A stretch of 64,000 nucleotides of DNA from an uncultured Pseudomonadales bacterium (GTDB taxonomy: Bacteria; Pseudomonadota; Gammaproteobacteria; Pseudomonadales; Azotimanducaceae). The DNA is taken from contig OY282430.1 of the NCBI GenBank assembly GCA_958296025.1, forward strand, positions 3,212,477 through 3,276,476, read 5' to 3'. The notes under the pieces are model-generated. The model had not been told where the DNA came from and made no database searches. It saw only the letters and a list, made by a program, of their open reading frames with translations. This document shows, piece by piece, positions 16,952 through 26,641 of this stretch (its first letter is position 1; every line of letters starts with the position of its first letter). A program made the translations under genes and the position numbers.

Positions 16952-17767
16952 ATGGCAATAAACGAACTTCTCAACGCCGAAGGTCGGAGCGTCCGCCTCC
17001 AATGGCTGCTGCTCCTGTTGGTGGCGGCACCTTGTTTCCCGGTCGAGAGCGGCCAACCAGCGGCCGCCCCCAAGTTGAACTACCGGGTGGTGGCAAGCTA
17101 TCCGCACGACCCTGCCGCCTTTACCCAAGGGTTGGTGAGCCAAGGCGACAAGTTGTTCGAGAGCACCGGCGGCTACGGTGAATCCACGCTGCGGGTGACG
17201 GACCTCGCCAGCGGGCGGGTTCTTCAGCAGCGTCCCTTGCCAAACCAGTTGTTTGGCGAGGGGCTGGCGCTGGCCGGCGGGCGGCTCTACCAACTCACAT
17301 GGAAGGCCGGCATCGGATTGGTGCATGAGTCCACCACCTTGGAGCAAGTCGGAGAGTTCAGCTATGCCGGTGAGGGCTGGGGCCTCGCCGCCGGCAGCGA
17401 ACACTTGGCGATGAGCGACGGCAGCGCCCAACTGCGTTTCCTCGACCGCACCGACCTGCGGGAATTGCGGCGGGTCGAAGTGCGTGACGGCGGCCGGCCC
17501 GTGGCCGGACTTAACGAACTCGAATACATTGAGGGCAGCCTGTACGCCAACGTCTGGCCCACGGACCGAATCGCCATCATCAACCCAAGCAGCGGCCAAG
17601 TGCAGGGCTGGCTGGACCTGAGCGACATTCTGCCCCTAGTCTTCCGCCATCCGCGCATCGACGTGCTCAACGGCATCGCCTACGACGCAGAGACGAAAAG
17701 GCTGTTCGTCACCGGCAAGCGCTGGCCCAGGCTATTCGAGATTGAGGTGTTGCCAAAGCCCGGCTAG
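16952..17767 (+). CDS. Glutaminyl-peptide cyclotransferase (beta-propeller type), secreted
   Basis: YRVVASYPHDPAAFTQGL...ESTGGYGESTLR...FGEGLA...LYQLTWK is characteristic of the family. Signal-like LLLLLVAAP. Start is ambiguous (16895 or 16952). Confidence 0.8.
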   Translation: MAINELLNAEGRSVRLQWLLLLLVAAPCFPVESGQPAAAPKLNYRVVASYPHDPAAFTQGLVSQGDKLFESTGGYGESTLRVTDLASGRVLQQRPLPNQLFGEGLALAGGRLYQLTWKAGIGLVHESTTLEQVGEFSYAGEGWGLAAGSEHLAMSDGSAQLRFLDRTDLRELRRVEVRDGGRPVAGLNELEYIEGSLYANVWPTDRIAIINPSSGQVQGWLDLSDILPLVFRHPRIDVLNGIAYDAETKRLFVTGKRWPRLFEIEVLPKPG

Positions 17768-19080
17768 CGATAGCCGTAGGGTTTCGACAGGTCCTGGTAG
17801 CGGTCGAACAATTGGGTTTGCCGGGAGCGCATGGGCATCGGTTCGCCGTCGATGACCACCTGTTCCGCCCAGGTGGTGACCTCCAAGGGGTCACCGCTCC
17901 AAATGACCAAGTCCGCATGGGCACCGGGACGGATGACGCCGACATCCTCCATCCCCCAAGTTTCGGCGGCGCGGCGGGTCAGGCCGGCCAAGGCGTCATG
18001 CCAAGGCAGGCCGTGGGCGACGGCGTTGCCGGCCATCTGTCGTAGGTTTGTGGCGCCGCCCAATCCAGCGCCGGTGAAGATTACCCGCACCCCCGCCTCA
18101 TGCAGCAGGGCGGCGTTGTCCAGACGGGCGCCCAAGGCGTCGAAGCTGCGCGGCAGGTTGCCATGCACGCGCACCACCACCGCTGCCCCAGCCGCGGCCA
18201 AGGCTTCCCGAACCCGCCATGCTTCGGCGCCCCCCAAGACCACCAAGCGCAAATCATGGGCCGCCGCCAAGTCGATGGCGCGGCGAATTTCCGCGGCCCG
18301 GTCCGCCGCCAGCACTAGCGGCTTGCCGGAGGTTATGAAACGCTTTAGCGCCGCCATATCGTGGCGGCTGTAGTCCCCCGGCCCAGGCCGATAGCGGCTG
18401 GGGCTGAAGCGGGAGGCCTCGGCGAAGGCCCTGAACAAGCGCTGCAAAGCCGCCGCCCGGCTGCCGCCGGCCAAGTCTGTGGCCGCCGCGTCCAAATATC
18501 CAACCAGCGCAGTTCTCGGTTCGAGCAGAAATTCTCCGCCTAGGCGCACCGCAGCCGCCAACCCGGCCAACGGGTCCACCCCAGCGAGGGGAAAGGCGAT
18601 GGCCCGCGTCACCCCCTCCATGCGGTTGACGGCGATCAGCGTGGAGTTCGGGTTCAGCGCATAGCTGACATCAAAGGCCGGGGCCAAGGGATACTCCAGC
18701 AGGGCGGCGTCATCGGTGCTGGGCTCCAGCTCGATCTCACGCAAACCAAAGTGGCTGTACGACTCGATCAGGCCCGGCGTAACGATCTTGCCGGCCGCGT
18801 CGATGCGCTGGTAGGCAAAGGGCACCGACAGGTTCACGCCCACCGCCTCAATGCGGCCTCCAGCAATCAGAATGGTGGCGTCTTGCAACGGCTCCGGGTT
18901 CTCCAAGGTGTAAACGCGCCCGCCGGCGATGGCGAGGTCCGCCCAGGATGGGGCGGCCAACAGCCATGGAAGAACCGCTAACGCCAATGCCCTAGTCCGC
19001 CCGAAGGCGGCGCCGCGGCGGCACGCACGCCCAACTCCCGCTGCCAAGCGATGTAGGCACAAGAGTCTTCCAAGTTTCAC
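17764..19080 (-). CDS. Amidohydrolase-family protein (periplasmic)
   Basis: Signal-like N-terminus, amidohydrolase fold signatures. GTG 19080 overlaps the stop of the upstream paralog (GTGA). The longer ORF to 19221 would overlap that gene by 145 nt. Confidence 0.75.
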   Translation of the reverse strand: MKLGRLLCLHRLAAGVGRACRRGAAFGRTRALALAVLPWLLAAPSWADLAIAGGRVYTLENPEPLQDATILIAGGRIEAVGVNLSVPFAYQRIDAAGKIVTPGLIESYSHFGLREIELEPSTDDAALLEYPLAPAFDVSYALNPNSTLIAVNRMEGVTRAIAFPLAGVDPLAGLAAAVRLGGEFLLEPRTALVGYLDAAATDLAGGSRAAALQRLFRAFAEASRFSPSRYRPGPGDYSRHDMAALKRFITSGKPLVLAADRAAEIRRAIDLAAAHDLRLVVLGGAEAWRVREALAAAGAAVVVRVHGNLPRSFDALGARLDNAALLHEAGVRVIFTGAGLGGATNLRQMAGNAVAHGLPWHDALAGLTRRAAETWGMEDVGVIRPGAHADLVIWSGDPLEVTTWAEQVVIDGEPMPMRSRQTQLFDRYQDLSKPYGYR

Positions 19081-20510
19081 TGATCTTGCCCCGCGACAGT
19101 CTGGCCGAGGTCGAAGTCGCTTGCCGGCCGGCGGGAGGCATCCTGCCGGTCGTAGTAGAGATGGCCGTCGATCCAGACTTTCTCCGCATGGGCGTAAACG
19201 CTGAACGGCTGCCGGTCCCAAAGCACTAGATCAGCCGCCTTGCCTTCTTCGATGCTGCCGGTCTCATCGGCGATGCCCAGAGCCTCGGCGGCGTTGCTGG
19301 TGATCCAAGCGATGGCTTGGGCGTCGTCGATGGTCATGCCCATGCGCGTTGCGCTGGCCACCGCCTTGGCGGCCTCCTGATTCAACCGCTGAATGCCCTC
19401 GGCGGAGTCTGAGTGGACGATGGCGCAGGCGCCGGCCGCATCCACCAAGGCGACGTTTTGCGGAATGGCGTCAAACGCCTCCAGCTTGAAACCCCACCAA
19501 TCGCTCCACATGGCCGAGCAGACCCCGGCTTCCGCCAGCAAATCCGCGATCTTGTAGGACTCCACCGCGTGGTGGAAGGCGGTGACGGCGTAGCCGAACT
19601 CCCGGGCGACGTCCAGCATCACGGCCATCTCGTCCGCCCGGTAGCAGTGGTTCTGCACCAGAATTTCGCCGTCGAGCACCGCCGCCAAGGTGTCCAAGCC
19701 TAGATCCCGCGGTGGCGCTGCATCGGCGTCCCCGGCTTGGAACTTGCGCCGTTTTTCCCTGTAGGCAGCGGCTGCCGCCCAGGCGGCGCGGTGGCCGGCC
19801 ACGTTGCCCATGCGGGTGGTGGGCGCCTTTTCCTTTTCCCCGTAAATCCGCTTGGGGTTTTCGCCACAAGCCATCTTCAGGCTCTGCGGGGCGCCCGGAA
19901 ACTTCATGCCCTGCACGGTGCGTGAGGGCACGTTCTTGACGGTGACGCCGCGCCCGCCGAAGAGGTTGCCGCTGCCCGGCAGGATGTGCAGAGTGGTGAC
20001 GCCGCCGGCCAAGGCCAAGCCGAATTGCGGGTCCTGAGGCCAGACGGAGTGCTCCACCCAGACGCCGGCGCTGTTCGGGTCCGTCAACTCGTTGCCGTCC
20101 GCCGTGGAGGCCACTTCCGGCGACGGATAGGCACCAAGGTGGGAGTGGACGTCGATGATGCCCGGCGTCAGCCACTTGCCGGCGCCGTTGATGACGCGAA
20201 CGGGCACCGCTTCCGGTCGGCGCTCTTGCCCGCCCCCTGCTTCGTTCCGCCGCCCTGCAGCACTGCCGGCCTGCAAAGCCGCCGAGTCCAAACCGCCAGC
20301 CGCAGCCAGCGCAGCAATGCGCCCCGCCTGCATCAGCACATCCACCCGCGCAAGCCGCTCTCCGGTCCCCGTAAGCACCGCGACGCCTTGGATTAGGGTC
20401 GTTGGCGCCGGGCGCGGAGCGTAGGTGGATTCATGGGGGGCGGCTGCGCGTCCGGCCCTAGAAAAAAGCAGGCAAACCGCCAGCAACAAGACGGCATTCA
20501 ACTTGGGCAT
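19077..20510 (-). CDS. Amidohydrolase-family protein (periplasmic)
   Basis: Signal peptide MPKLNAVLLLAVCLLFSRAGRA, metal-binding GIIDVHSHLG. ATG 20510. Confidence 0.85.
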   Translation of the reverse strand: MPKLNAVLLLAVCLLFSRAGRAAAPHESTYAPRPAPTTLIQGVAVLTGTGERLARVDVLMQAGRIAALAAAGGLDSAALQAGSAAGRRNEAGGGQERRPEAVPVRVINGAGKWLTPGIIDVHSHLGAYPSPEVASTADGNELTDPNSAGVWVEHSVWPQDPQFGLALAGGVTTLHILPGSGNLFGGRGVTVKNVPSRTVQGMKFPGAPQSLKMACGENPKRIYGEKEKAPTTRMGNVAGHRAAWAAAAAYREKRRKFQAGDADAAPPRDLGLDTLAAVLDGEILVQNHCYRADEMAVMLDVAREFGYAVTAFHHAVESYKIADLLAEAGVCSAMWSDWWGFKLEAFDAIPQNVALVDAAGACAIVHSDSAEGIQRLNQEAAKAVASATRMGMTIDDAQAIAWITSNAAEALGIADETGSIEEGKAADLVLWDRQPFSVYAHAEKVWIDGHLYYDRQDASRRPASDFDLGQTVAGQDQ

Positions 20511-20754
20511 GGGGCGCACCACCAGGAATACATGGACAGACTAGGAGACATCGGCCAGCAACAAGACGGCATTCAACGTAGGCATGGAGTCATCCGAAGT
20601 CCTAGACTCGCCCATATCGCGCCAAGCGCCCGAGGCGCACATCGAGCACTGCGGGCTTGCGTCGCTCGGAGCGCGGCAAAGCCGGCGGGCGGGCATCTTG
20701 GGAAGGGGCGGTGCAATGGGCTCGGACCCAGCGGCTGGGACCAGCGGTTTGCCC

Positions 20755-21741
20755 TCACCGCAGCCTCATGAGGAAGTCCGCTTCGGAAGCGCAGGCCAGG
20801 GCTGCTGAGACAATGGCCTGCTCCGAAAGCTCGCCAAGAAAGACTAGGGCGGCGGAAAACTCCGCTGAGACATCGATGCCCCGGGACAACAAAATTTGCC
20901 GCGCCATTTCGGTCCTCGCCTCACCCTTGCCCTGCATACGACCTTCCGCACGCCCCCGCGCCCGGCCATGCTCACGCAACGAACGCAGCAGTGGGTCATC
21001 ATCCGGCCCCGTGCCCTCCCGAGCGCCCAACGCCAGCCCCACCCGCTCCAGCACTGCGCAGGTGGCCGCCGATGGCATCGCCTCGTTCATGGCGGCGTGG
21101 ATTTCCTCCGCCGTCCAGCCAGGAAAGGCGCGGCTTTCCGGCAACTCCCGGTATGCGCCGTCCTCCAAAACATGGATCGTCAGGCCCGGCAGGCGGCTTC
21201 GCGGGCGGCTCGGCGCCCGCCTCTCGGGAACCTCGACCCAAACCTCCGGGAAGCCCCAAGACTCGTATAGCTGCAGCTTGCCGCGGCGAACGTCCGTGGT
21301 GTGGTCCACCTCCAAGACCAGGTCCGGAAAGTCGTTTTCGCCAATCACCATTGCTGAAATTCCCGGCAGATTGGCCCGCCCCGGACGCAGGTACGCGGAT
21401 TGGTCCGCCTGCATGATGCGCTTAGGCTTCCCGCTCCCGTCCCGCACCAGCAGGTCCATGGCGCCGTAGCACTCGATGGGCGAACCGCGCACCGCGGCAA
21501 TTCGCTCCCCCAGCGCGGAGAGTTTCTGCGACGGGCGCTCGTGATAGGGGCTGGTGGGTTCGCAGACCATCCAGGCGGTGGCTGTTTCGGCATCCCAGAA
21601 CTCCAGCCTTCCCTCGAAGTTCACGACCTCCTCCTCCGTCATGGGTACGGGCTCGCATCCCGGAAACTCCAAACCGGACAGTGGGGCGCCCCCCGGCTCA
21701 GTGTCCGCAGAGGTGGTTTGCAAGAGTTCGAGATTGGCCAT
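20755..21741 (-). CDS. Uma2-family (DUF820) restriction-endonuclease-like protein with extra C-terminal helical tail
   Basis: EFWDAE..., PDLVLEVDHTTDVRRGKLQLYESWGFPEVWVEVP is the Uma2 PD-(D/E)XK core. The last ~90 aa (RARGRAEGRMQGKGEAR...SEADFLMRLR) resemble the Rpn DUF4351-type tail. Confidence 0.75.
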   Translation of the reverse strand: MANLELLQTTSADTEPGGAPLSGLEFPGCEPVPMTEEEVVNFEGRLEFWDAETATAWMVCEPTSPYHERPSQKLSALGERIAAVRGSPIECYGAMDLLVRDGSGKPKRIMQADQSAYLRPGRANLPGISAMVIGENDFPDLVLEVDHTTDVRRGKLQLYESWGFPEVWVEVPERRAPSRPRSRLPGLTIHVLEDGAYRELPESRAFPGWTAEEIHAAMNEAMPSAATCAVLERVGLALGAREGTGPDDDPLLRSLREHGRARGRAEGRMQGKGEARTEMARQILLSRGIDVSAEFSAALVFLGELSEQAIVSAALACASEADFLMRLR

Positions 21742-21995
21742 GCCGCGAGTGTAGCCCTTGCCCCCCGCCAACGCCACTTGCCCATCAATGGGCATGGCTT
21801 TCCCCTGACGCTGTTTGCCCGGCAGGGTGGCGTGGCGACGCTTGGTGCGTTAATCAGCAAGCGCATCAGCCGCGAAATTAGATGTGGCTTACCCTCCGCA
21901 GAACGGGATAATGGAGGTTTCGCGTTCGCTTCATGGGCCGAGCGCATCGCCAAGAACGCGGCTGGGAGGCAATCCACTTGACGGCAATCAAGGCA

Positions 21996-22919
21996 ATGAC
22001 GGCAACCGCGGAGGCGGTGCGCAGCCGCTTGGAGGCGCATCGCTACATTTGCAGCGAGCAGATCGCCACGGCGGTTTACCTAGCCTACCACCTGCACAAG
22101 CCGGTGCTGATCGAGGGGCCGCCCGGGGTGGGCAAGACGGAGTTGGCCAAGACTACCGCGACGATGTTCGCCCTGCCGCTGATCCGCCTGCAGTGCTACG
22201 AAGGGCTGGACGAGGCCAAGGCCATCTACGAATGGAAGTACGGCAAGCAACTGCTCTACACCCAAGTGCTCAAGGAGACCTTGGAGGAAGTGCTGCAAGG
22301 GGCCAAGGGCTTCGCCGAGTCCGTTACCCGGCTGCACGAGTTCGGCGACATCTTCTTCTCCGAGGAGTTCATGGAGCCGCGCCCGCTGCTCAAGGCGTTG
22401 CGCGAGAAGGACGGCTGCGTGCTGCTGATCGACGAGGTCGATAAGGCCGACCACGAGTTCGAGTCCCTGCTGCTGGAAATCCTCTCCGACTACCAAGTCT
22501 CCATTCCCGAAATCGGCACCGTCAAGGCGGTCACCGAACCGCCGATGGTGTTCCTGACCAGCAACAACAGCCGCGAGCTATCGGACGCCTTGAAACGCCG
22601 CTGCCTGCACCTGTACATCCCCTTCCCGGACACGGCGCTGGAGCAGCGCATCATTCAGGCGCGGGTGCCCGACATTCCGCCGGAGTTGCGCCGCCAACTG
22701 GTGCAGTTCATCCAAGAGCTGCGCGGGCTTGATCTCAAAAAGGCGCCGGCCATCTCCGAGACCATTGACTGGGCGCGAACCTTGGTGCTGCTGCACAGCG
22801 AGGCGCTGCACCCGGACTTGGTGCGGGAGACGCTGAACGTCATCCTCAAGTTTCAGGAGGACATCGAGAACGTGCAGGGGGAGGTACATATCCTCACCAA
22901 CAAGGCAGTGAAAGGGTAG
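21996..22919 (+). CDS. MoxR-like AAA+ ATPase
   Basis: Walker A GPPGVGKTELAK, Walker B LLIDEVDKA, sensor region typical of the MoxR/CoxD class. Confidence 0.85.
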   Translation: MTATAEAVRSRLEAHRYICSEQIATAVYLAYHLHKPVLIEGPPGVGKTELAKTTATMFALPLIRLQCYEGLDEAKAIYEWKYGKQLLYTQVLKETLEEVLQGAKGFAESVTRLHEFGDIFFSEEFMEPRPLLKALREKDGCVLLIDEVDKADHEFESLLLEILSDYQVSIPEIGTVKAVTEPPMVFLTSNNSRELSDALKRRCLHLYIPFPDTALEQRIIQARVPDIPPELRRQLVQFIQELRGLDLKKAPAISETIDWARTLVLLHSEALHPDLVRETLNVILKFQEDIENVQGEVHILTNKAVKG

Positions 22920-22967
22920 ATGCCTGTGCTCCGCCCTCGGCAGCGCCCTGTTGGGCGCTAAGCGTTC

Positions 22968-24470
22968 ATGGACCGCACCCTCGCCAATTTCATCCACGCC
23001 CTGCGCAACGCCGAGGTGCGCGTCTCCACGGCTGAAACCCTGGACGCCTTCAGCGCCGTGCAGCTGGTCGGCTATCGGGACCGCGCCCTGCTGAAGCGCT
23101 CCCTAGCCTTGGCGCTGCCCAAGACCGCCGACGAGAAGGAGACCTTTGACGCCTGCTTCGATCAATTCTTCGCCTTCCGCGAAGTCAGCGGCAGTCGCCA
23201 AGCCAACGGCGTCCCAGCTAACGCGGGCGAGGACGCACAAGGCGATGGCGAAGGAGAGGGCGGCGCCGGCGGTGGACGCCAAGACAGCGAGCAGCAGTCA
23301 AGCCCCGCTTCAGACCGCCAAGGCAAAAGCAAGCGCAAGCCAAGAACGACGCTGCAAGGCGGGGAGGAGGCTGAGCCGGATCTAGGCACCGGCGAGATGA
23401 GCGCCCCCACCTCCACCCTAGGCGCCCTGCTGATGCAGGACTCCAAGGTGGAGCTTTCCTTGGCGGTGTCCGCCGCCGGCGAAGCGGTCAAAGTGCGGGA
23501 CATCCAAATCTTCACCCAAAAGGGCCTCTACACCCGCCGCATCATGGACGAGATGGGGCTTGCCGAACTGAACCGGGAAATCGCCGACCTGCGCGACAGC
23601 GCCGTGGTTCCCGAAAGACGCTTGGGGCAGGAGTTGCGGCGGCGCCGGGAGTGGCTGCGCGAGCAAGTGCGCGACCATGTGGAGCGGCAGTTCCTGCTGC
23701 ACGCCGACGTCACCGGCCGGCGCCTGCGCGAGGAGCTGTTGCGCAAGGTGAAGCTGTCCAACGTGGAGCACCGCAGCTTCCGCCTGATCCAAGAGATCGT
23801 TTACAGGATGGCCAAGCGCTTGGCGACGCTGCACGCCCGCCGCAAAAAGGTGTACAAGAAGGGCCACCTGCACGTTCCGCGCACGCTGCGCAGCAACATG
23901 TCCTACGACGGCGCCGTCTTCGACCTGCGCTGGCGCTCCGTGAAGATCGACCGCCCCCGGGTGTTCGCCATCTGCGACGTGTCCGGCTCCGTGGCCAACT
24001 ACGCCCGCTTCATGCTGATGTTCCTGTACAGCTTGGAGGAGGTGATGCCCAAGGTGCGCTCCTTCGCCTTCTCCTCGGACTTGGCGGAGGTGACCGAACT
24101 GTTCGAGCGCAACCGCATCGAGGACGCCATCGCCAAGACCCTGCGCGACTACGCCGGCGGCTCCACGGACTACGGCCAAGCCTTCGCCGACTTCAAGCGC
24201 CTGTGCCTGGACGAGGTGGACAACCGCACCACCATCATCATCCTGGGCGACGCCCGCAACAACTACGGCGACCCCAAGGCCGAAGTGCTCAAGGAGATGT
24301 ACGAGCGCTGCAAACGCCTCATCTGGCTAAACCCGGAACCGCGCAACTCCTGGCAAGTGGGAGACGCGGAGATGCGCCGCTACAGCGCCTACTGCCACCA
24401 AGCGGAGGAGTGCAACTCCCTAATGCACCTGGAGCGGGTGGTGGGCAATCTGCTGAAGACGGTGCGGTAA
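22968..24470 (+). CDS. VWA domain protein, CoxE-like
   Basis: CoxE-type N-terminus (FIHALRNAEVRVSTAETLD), low-complexity insert, MIDAS motif ICDVSGSV, C-terminal ...WLNPE.... Confidence 0.85.
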   Translation: MDRTLANFIHALRNAEVRVSTAETLDAFSAVQLVGYRDRALLKRSLALALPKTADEKETFDACFDQFFAFREVSGSRQANGVPANAGEDAQGDGEGEGGAGGGRQDSEQQSSPASDRQGKSKRKPRTTLQGGEEAEPDLGTGEMSAPTSTLGALLMQDSKVELSLAVSAAGEAVKVRDIQIFTQKGLYTRRIMDEMGLAELNREIADLRDSAVVPERRLGQELRRRREWLREQVRDHVERQFLLHADVTGRRLREELLRKVKLSNVEHRSFRLIQEIVYRMAKRLATLHARRKKVYKKGHLHVPRTLRSNMSYDGAVFDLRWRSVKIDRPRVFAICDVSGSVANYARFMLMFLYSLEEVMPKVRSFAFSSDLAEVTELFERNRIEDAIAKTLRDYAGGSTDYGQAFADFKRLCLDEVDNRTTIIILGDARNNYGDPKAEVLKEMYERCKRLIWLNPEPRNSWQVGDAEMRRYSAYCHQAEECNSLMHLERVVGNLLKTVR

Positions 24471-24651
24471 GCGCAAGCAACCGCCCCGACAAAACCCGCC
24501 GAACCCCTAGCGGGGGACTAGGATGCTATGCTTTGACTGTCAGAATTTTCCTCAGAGCTAGGGGAACATCGGGAAGTGGCCGAGAACTACGAAACTGAAC
24601 ATCCGCTATGCCCTCTCGAAAAAATCAGCAGATGGTGGGGATAGCTGAGGA

Positions 24652-25701
24652 ATGGCGCAAGTCCAAGCCCTACTGTCTGACCTGTTGCCCCGACAGGCAC
24701 CGGAAGCGCACCAGGAATACGCTCGGGGGGCGGTGTCGATCCGCTTCGGGTTGGCGGAAAACTACTATGCGGATTGGCCGGCGCCCACCTGCGTCATCGC
24801 CGATGGCCCCTACGGCGTCAGTGGCTTTCCGGGTGATGCACACACCCCAGCCTCGTTGGCGGACTGGTACGAACCCCATATCAAGGCTTGGAGCGAGCGG
24901 GCGACGCCGGAAACGACGCTTTGGTTCTGGAACACCGAAGCCGGCTGGGCGGCGGTGCATCCGCTGCTGATCGCCAATGGCTGGGAGTACCGCTGCTGCA
25001 ACATCTGGGACAAGGGATTGGGGCACATCGCCGGCAACGCCAATACGCGCACCCTAAGAAAGTACCCGGTGGTGACGGAGGTGTGCGTTCACTACGTCAA
25101 AGCCGCCCAGTTCAAGGTTGGCGGCGAAACCCTTTCCATGCAGGCTTGGCTGCGGCATGAGTGGAAGCGATCCGGCCTGCCTCTGCGCCTAGCCAATGCG
25201 GCCTGCGGCACATTGAACGCCGCGACGCGCAAATACCTAACCGCCGACCACCTTTGGTACTACCCGCCGCCGGAGGCGTTTGCAAAACTGGCCGCCTACG
25301 CCAGTCAGCACGGCGACCCGCAAGGCCGCCCCTACTTCAGCATGGACGGCAAGTCCCCGATCTCGGCAAGGAAGTGGGCCAAGCTGCGCGCCAAGTTCAA
25401 GTGCGAGTTGGGCGTGACCAACGTTTGGCGCGAGCCGCAAGTCAGCGGAGCGGAGCGCATTCAGGGCGCACGGAGCGGCATGAAGTACAAGTTCCGCAGC
25501 CTGCACGGCAGCCAAAAGCCACTGAAATTCATCGACCGGATCATCCGCGCCTCCACGGACAAGGGCGACGCCGTGTGGGAGCCTTTCGGCGGTCTGTGCC
25601 CTGGCGCGGTGGTCTCCCATCTCCTTGGCCGAAAATACAACGCGGCGGAGATGAACAACGAATTCTACGAAGCCGCCGTCAAGCGGCTGGCGGCGCTATG
25701 A
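24652..25701 (+). CDS. Beta-class DNA methyltransferase (N6-adenine or N4-cytosine)
   Basis: Catalytic motif IV variant VIADGPYGV lies near the N-terminus. SAM motif I VWEPFGGLCPGAV lies near the C-terminus. This order defines the beta class. GAGG RBS precedes ATG 24652. Confidence 0.85.
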   Translation: MAQVQALLSDLLPRQAPEAHQEYARGAVSIRFGLAENYYADWPAPTCVIADGPYGVSGFPGDAHTPASLADWYEPHIKAWSERATPETTLWFWNTEAGWAAVHPLLIANGWEYRCCNIWDKGLGHIAGNANTRTLRKYPVVTEVCVHYVKAAQFKVGGETLSMQAWLRHEWKRSGLPLRLANAACGTLNAATRKYLTADHLWYYPPPEAFAKLAAYASQHGDPQGRPYFSMDGKSPISARKWAKLRAKFKCELGVTNVWREPQVSGAERIQGARSGMKYKFRSLHGSQKPLKFIDRIIRASTDKGDAVWEPFGGLCPGAVVSHLLGRKYNAAEMNNEFYEAAVKRLAAL

Positions 25702-26621
25702 CGAACGGCAACCGTGAAGATTTGGCAGCGGAAAGGTCGCCGGCGGTGGGATCGGAGCACACCCAACTGCACAAGGACGTCCGGGAAGCCATTGCCTGCT
25801 TACCGATACATTTCCGCACGGAGACCCAAGTATCGGGAATCATGGCCACCGATCTGCACACGCTGCACACCGTGCTCGGCGCGACCATCGAGGAGCAGGT
25901 GGTGAGGACGCTCAACCTCGTTCGCAACACATGGGACCCGCATGACAAATACGCGCTGTACAGTTTCGTCCGCCAAGCGCAAACCTTTCCCGACGTTCTG
26001 TTGCGCAGGATGTCCGATGGCGACGTGCTGTTGGGAATTGAGCTGAAGGGATGGTATCTACTAGCCAAGGAAAAGGAGCCCAGCTTGCGCTTCCAAGTGA
26101 CCGCAGCAGCCTGTGCCGAGCAAGACCTGATTGTCGTAGTGCCTTGGGTGCTCAGCAACGTCATCAGCGGTTCGCCCGTGGTTTTTGAACCGTTTATCCA
26201 TTCAGCCAAAGCTGCCGCAGCGCACCGGAACCATCACTGGCAAGACGTCAGATCGACGCAACTCAATTCCCGCATTGAAATTCCACAGGGCATCACGCCC
26301 TATCCCAGCAAGTCAGACCGAATTCTAGATAAGCCGGTTGCGGACAGAGGCGGCAACTTTGGCAGATTAGCGCGGACGGGCTTGATGGACTCCTACATCA
26401 AAAGGCTGGACGACGCGCCTTTGTGCGGAATCAAAACAGTGTTCTGGCGAGACTTTTTGCGCACATTCCAACAAAGCAGCACGGACGACCAAGTGAGAAC
26501 CGCCTTGGAGAGATTGAGGCGGCGCATTGAAGGTGCGGGAAATGCTCCGTCCTCAAAGACCCAAGCGGCATTGACCATCATCGGCGAGGTCGAACGGCTG
26601 CTTGAAATCGCGGAACCCTGA
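25698..26621 (+). CDS. Candidate type II restriction endonuclease (PD-(D/E)XK)
   Basis: ATG 25698 overlaps the methylase stop (ATGA). FPDVLL...VLLGIELKGW fits PD...(D/E)XK. No recognisable family beyond that. Confidence 0.5.
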   Translation: MTNGNREDLAAERSPAVGSEHTQLHKDVREAIACLPIHFRTETQVSGIMATDLHTLHTVLGATIEEQVVRTLNLVRNTWDPHDKYALYSFVRQAQTFPDVLLRRMSDGDVLLGIELKGWYLLAKEKEPSLRFQVTAAACAEQDLIVVVPWVLSNVISGSPVVFEPFIHSAKAAAAHRNHHWQDVRSTQLNSRIEIPQGITPYPSKSDRILDKPVADRGGNFGRLARTGLMDSYIKRLDDAPLCGIKTVFWRDFLRTFQQSSTDDQVRTALERLRRRIEGAGNAPSSKTQAALTIIGEVERLLEIAEP

Positions 26622-26641
26622 ACCGAAAGGCAACCGAACCC

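Noticed and set aside
23418-24179. 253-aa minus-strand ORF and 315-aa plus-strand alternative frame (23651..24598) over the VWA gene
   Set aside because: They are shadow ORFs in GC-rich sequence. The VWA frame has the MIDAS motif and CoxE-like termini.
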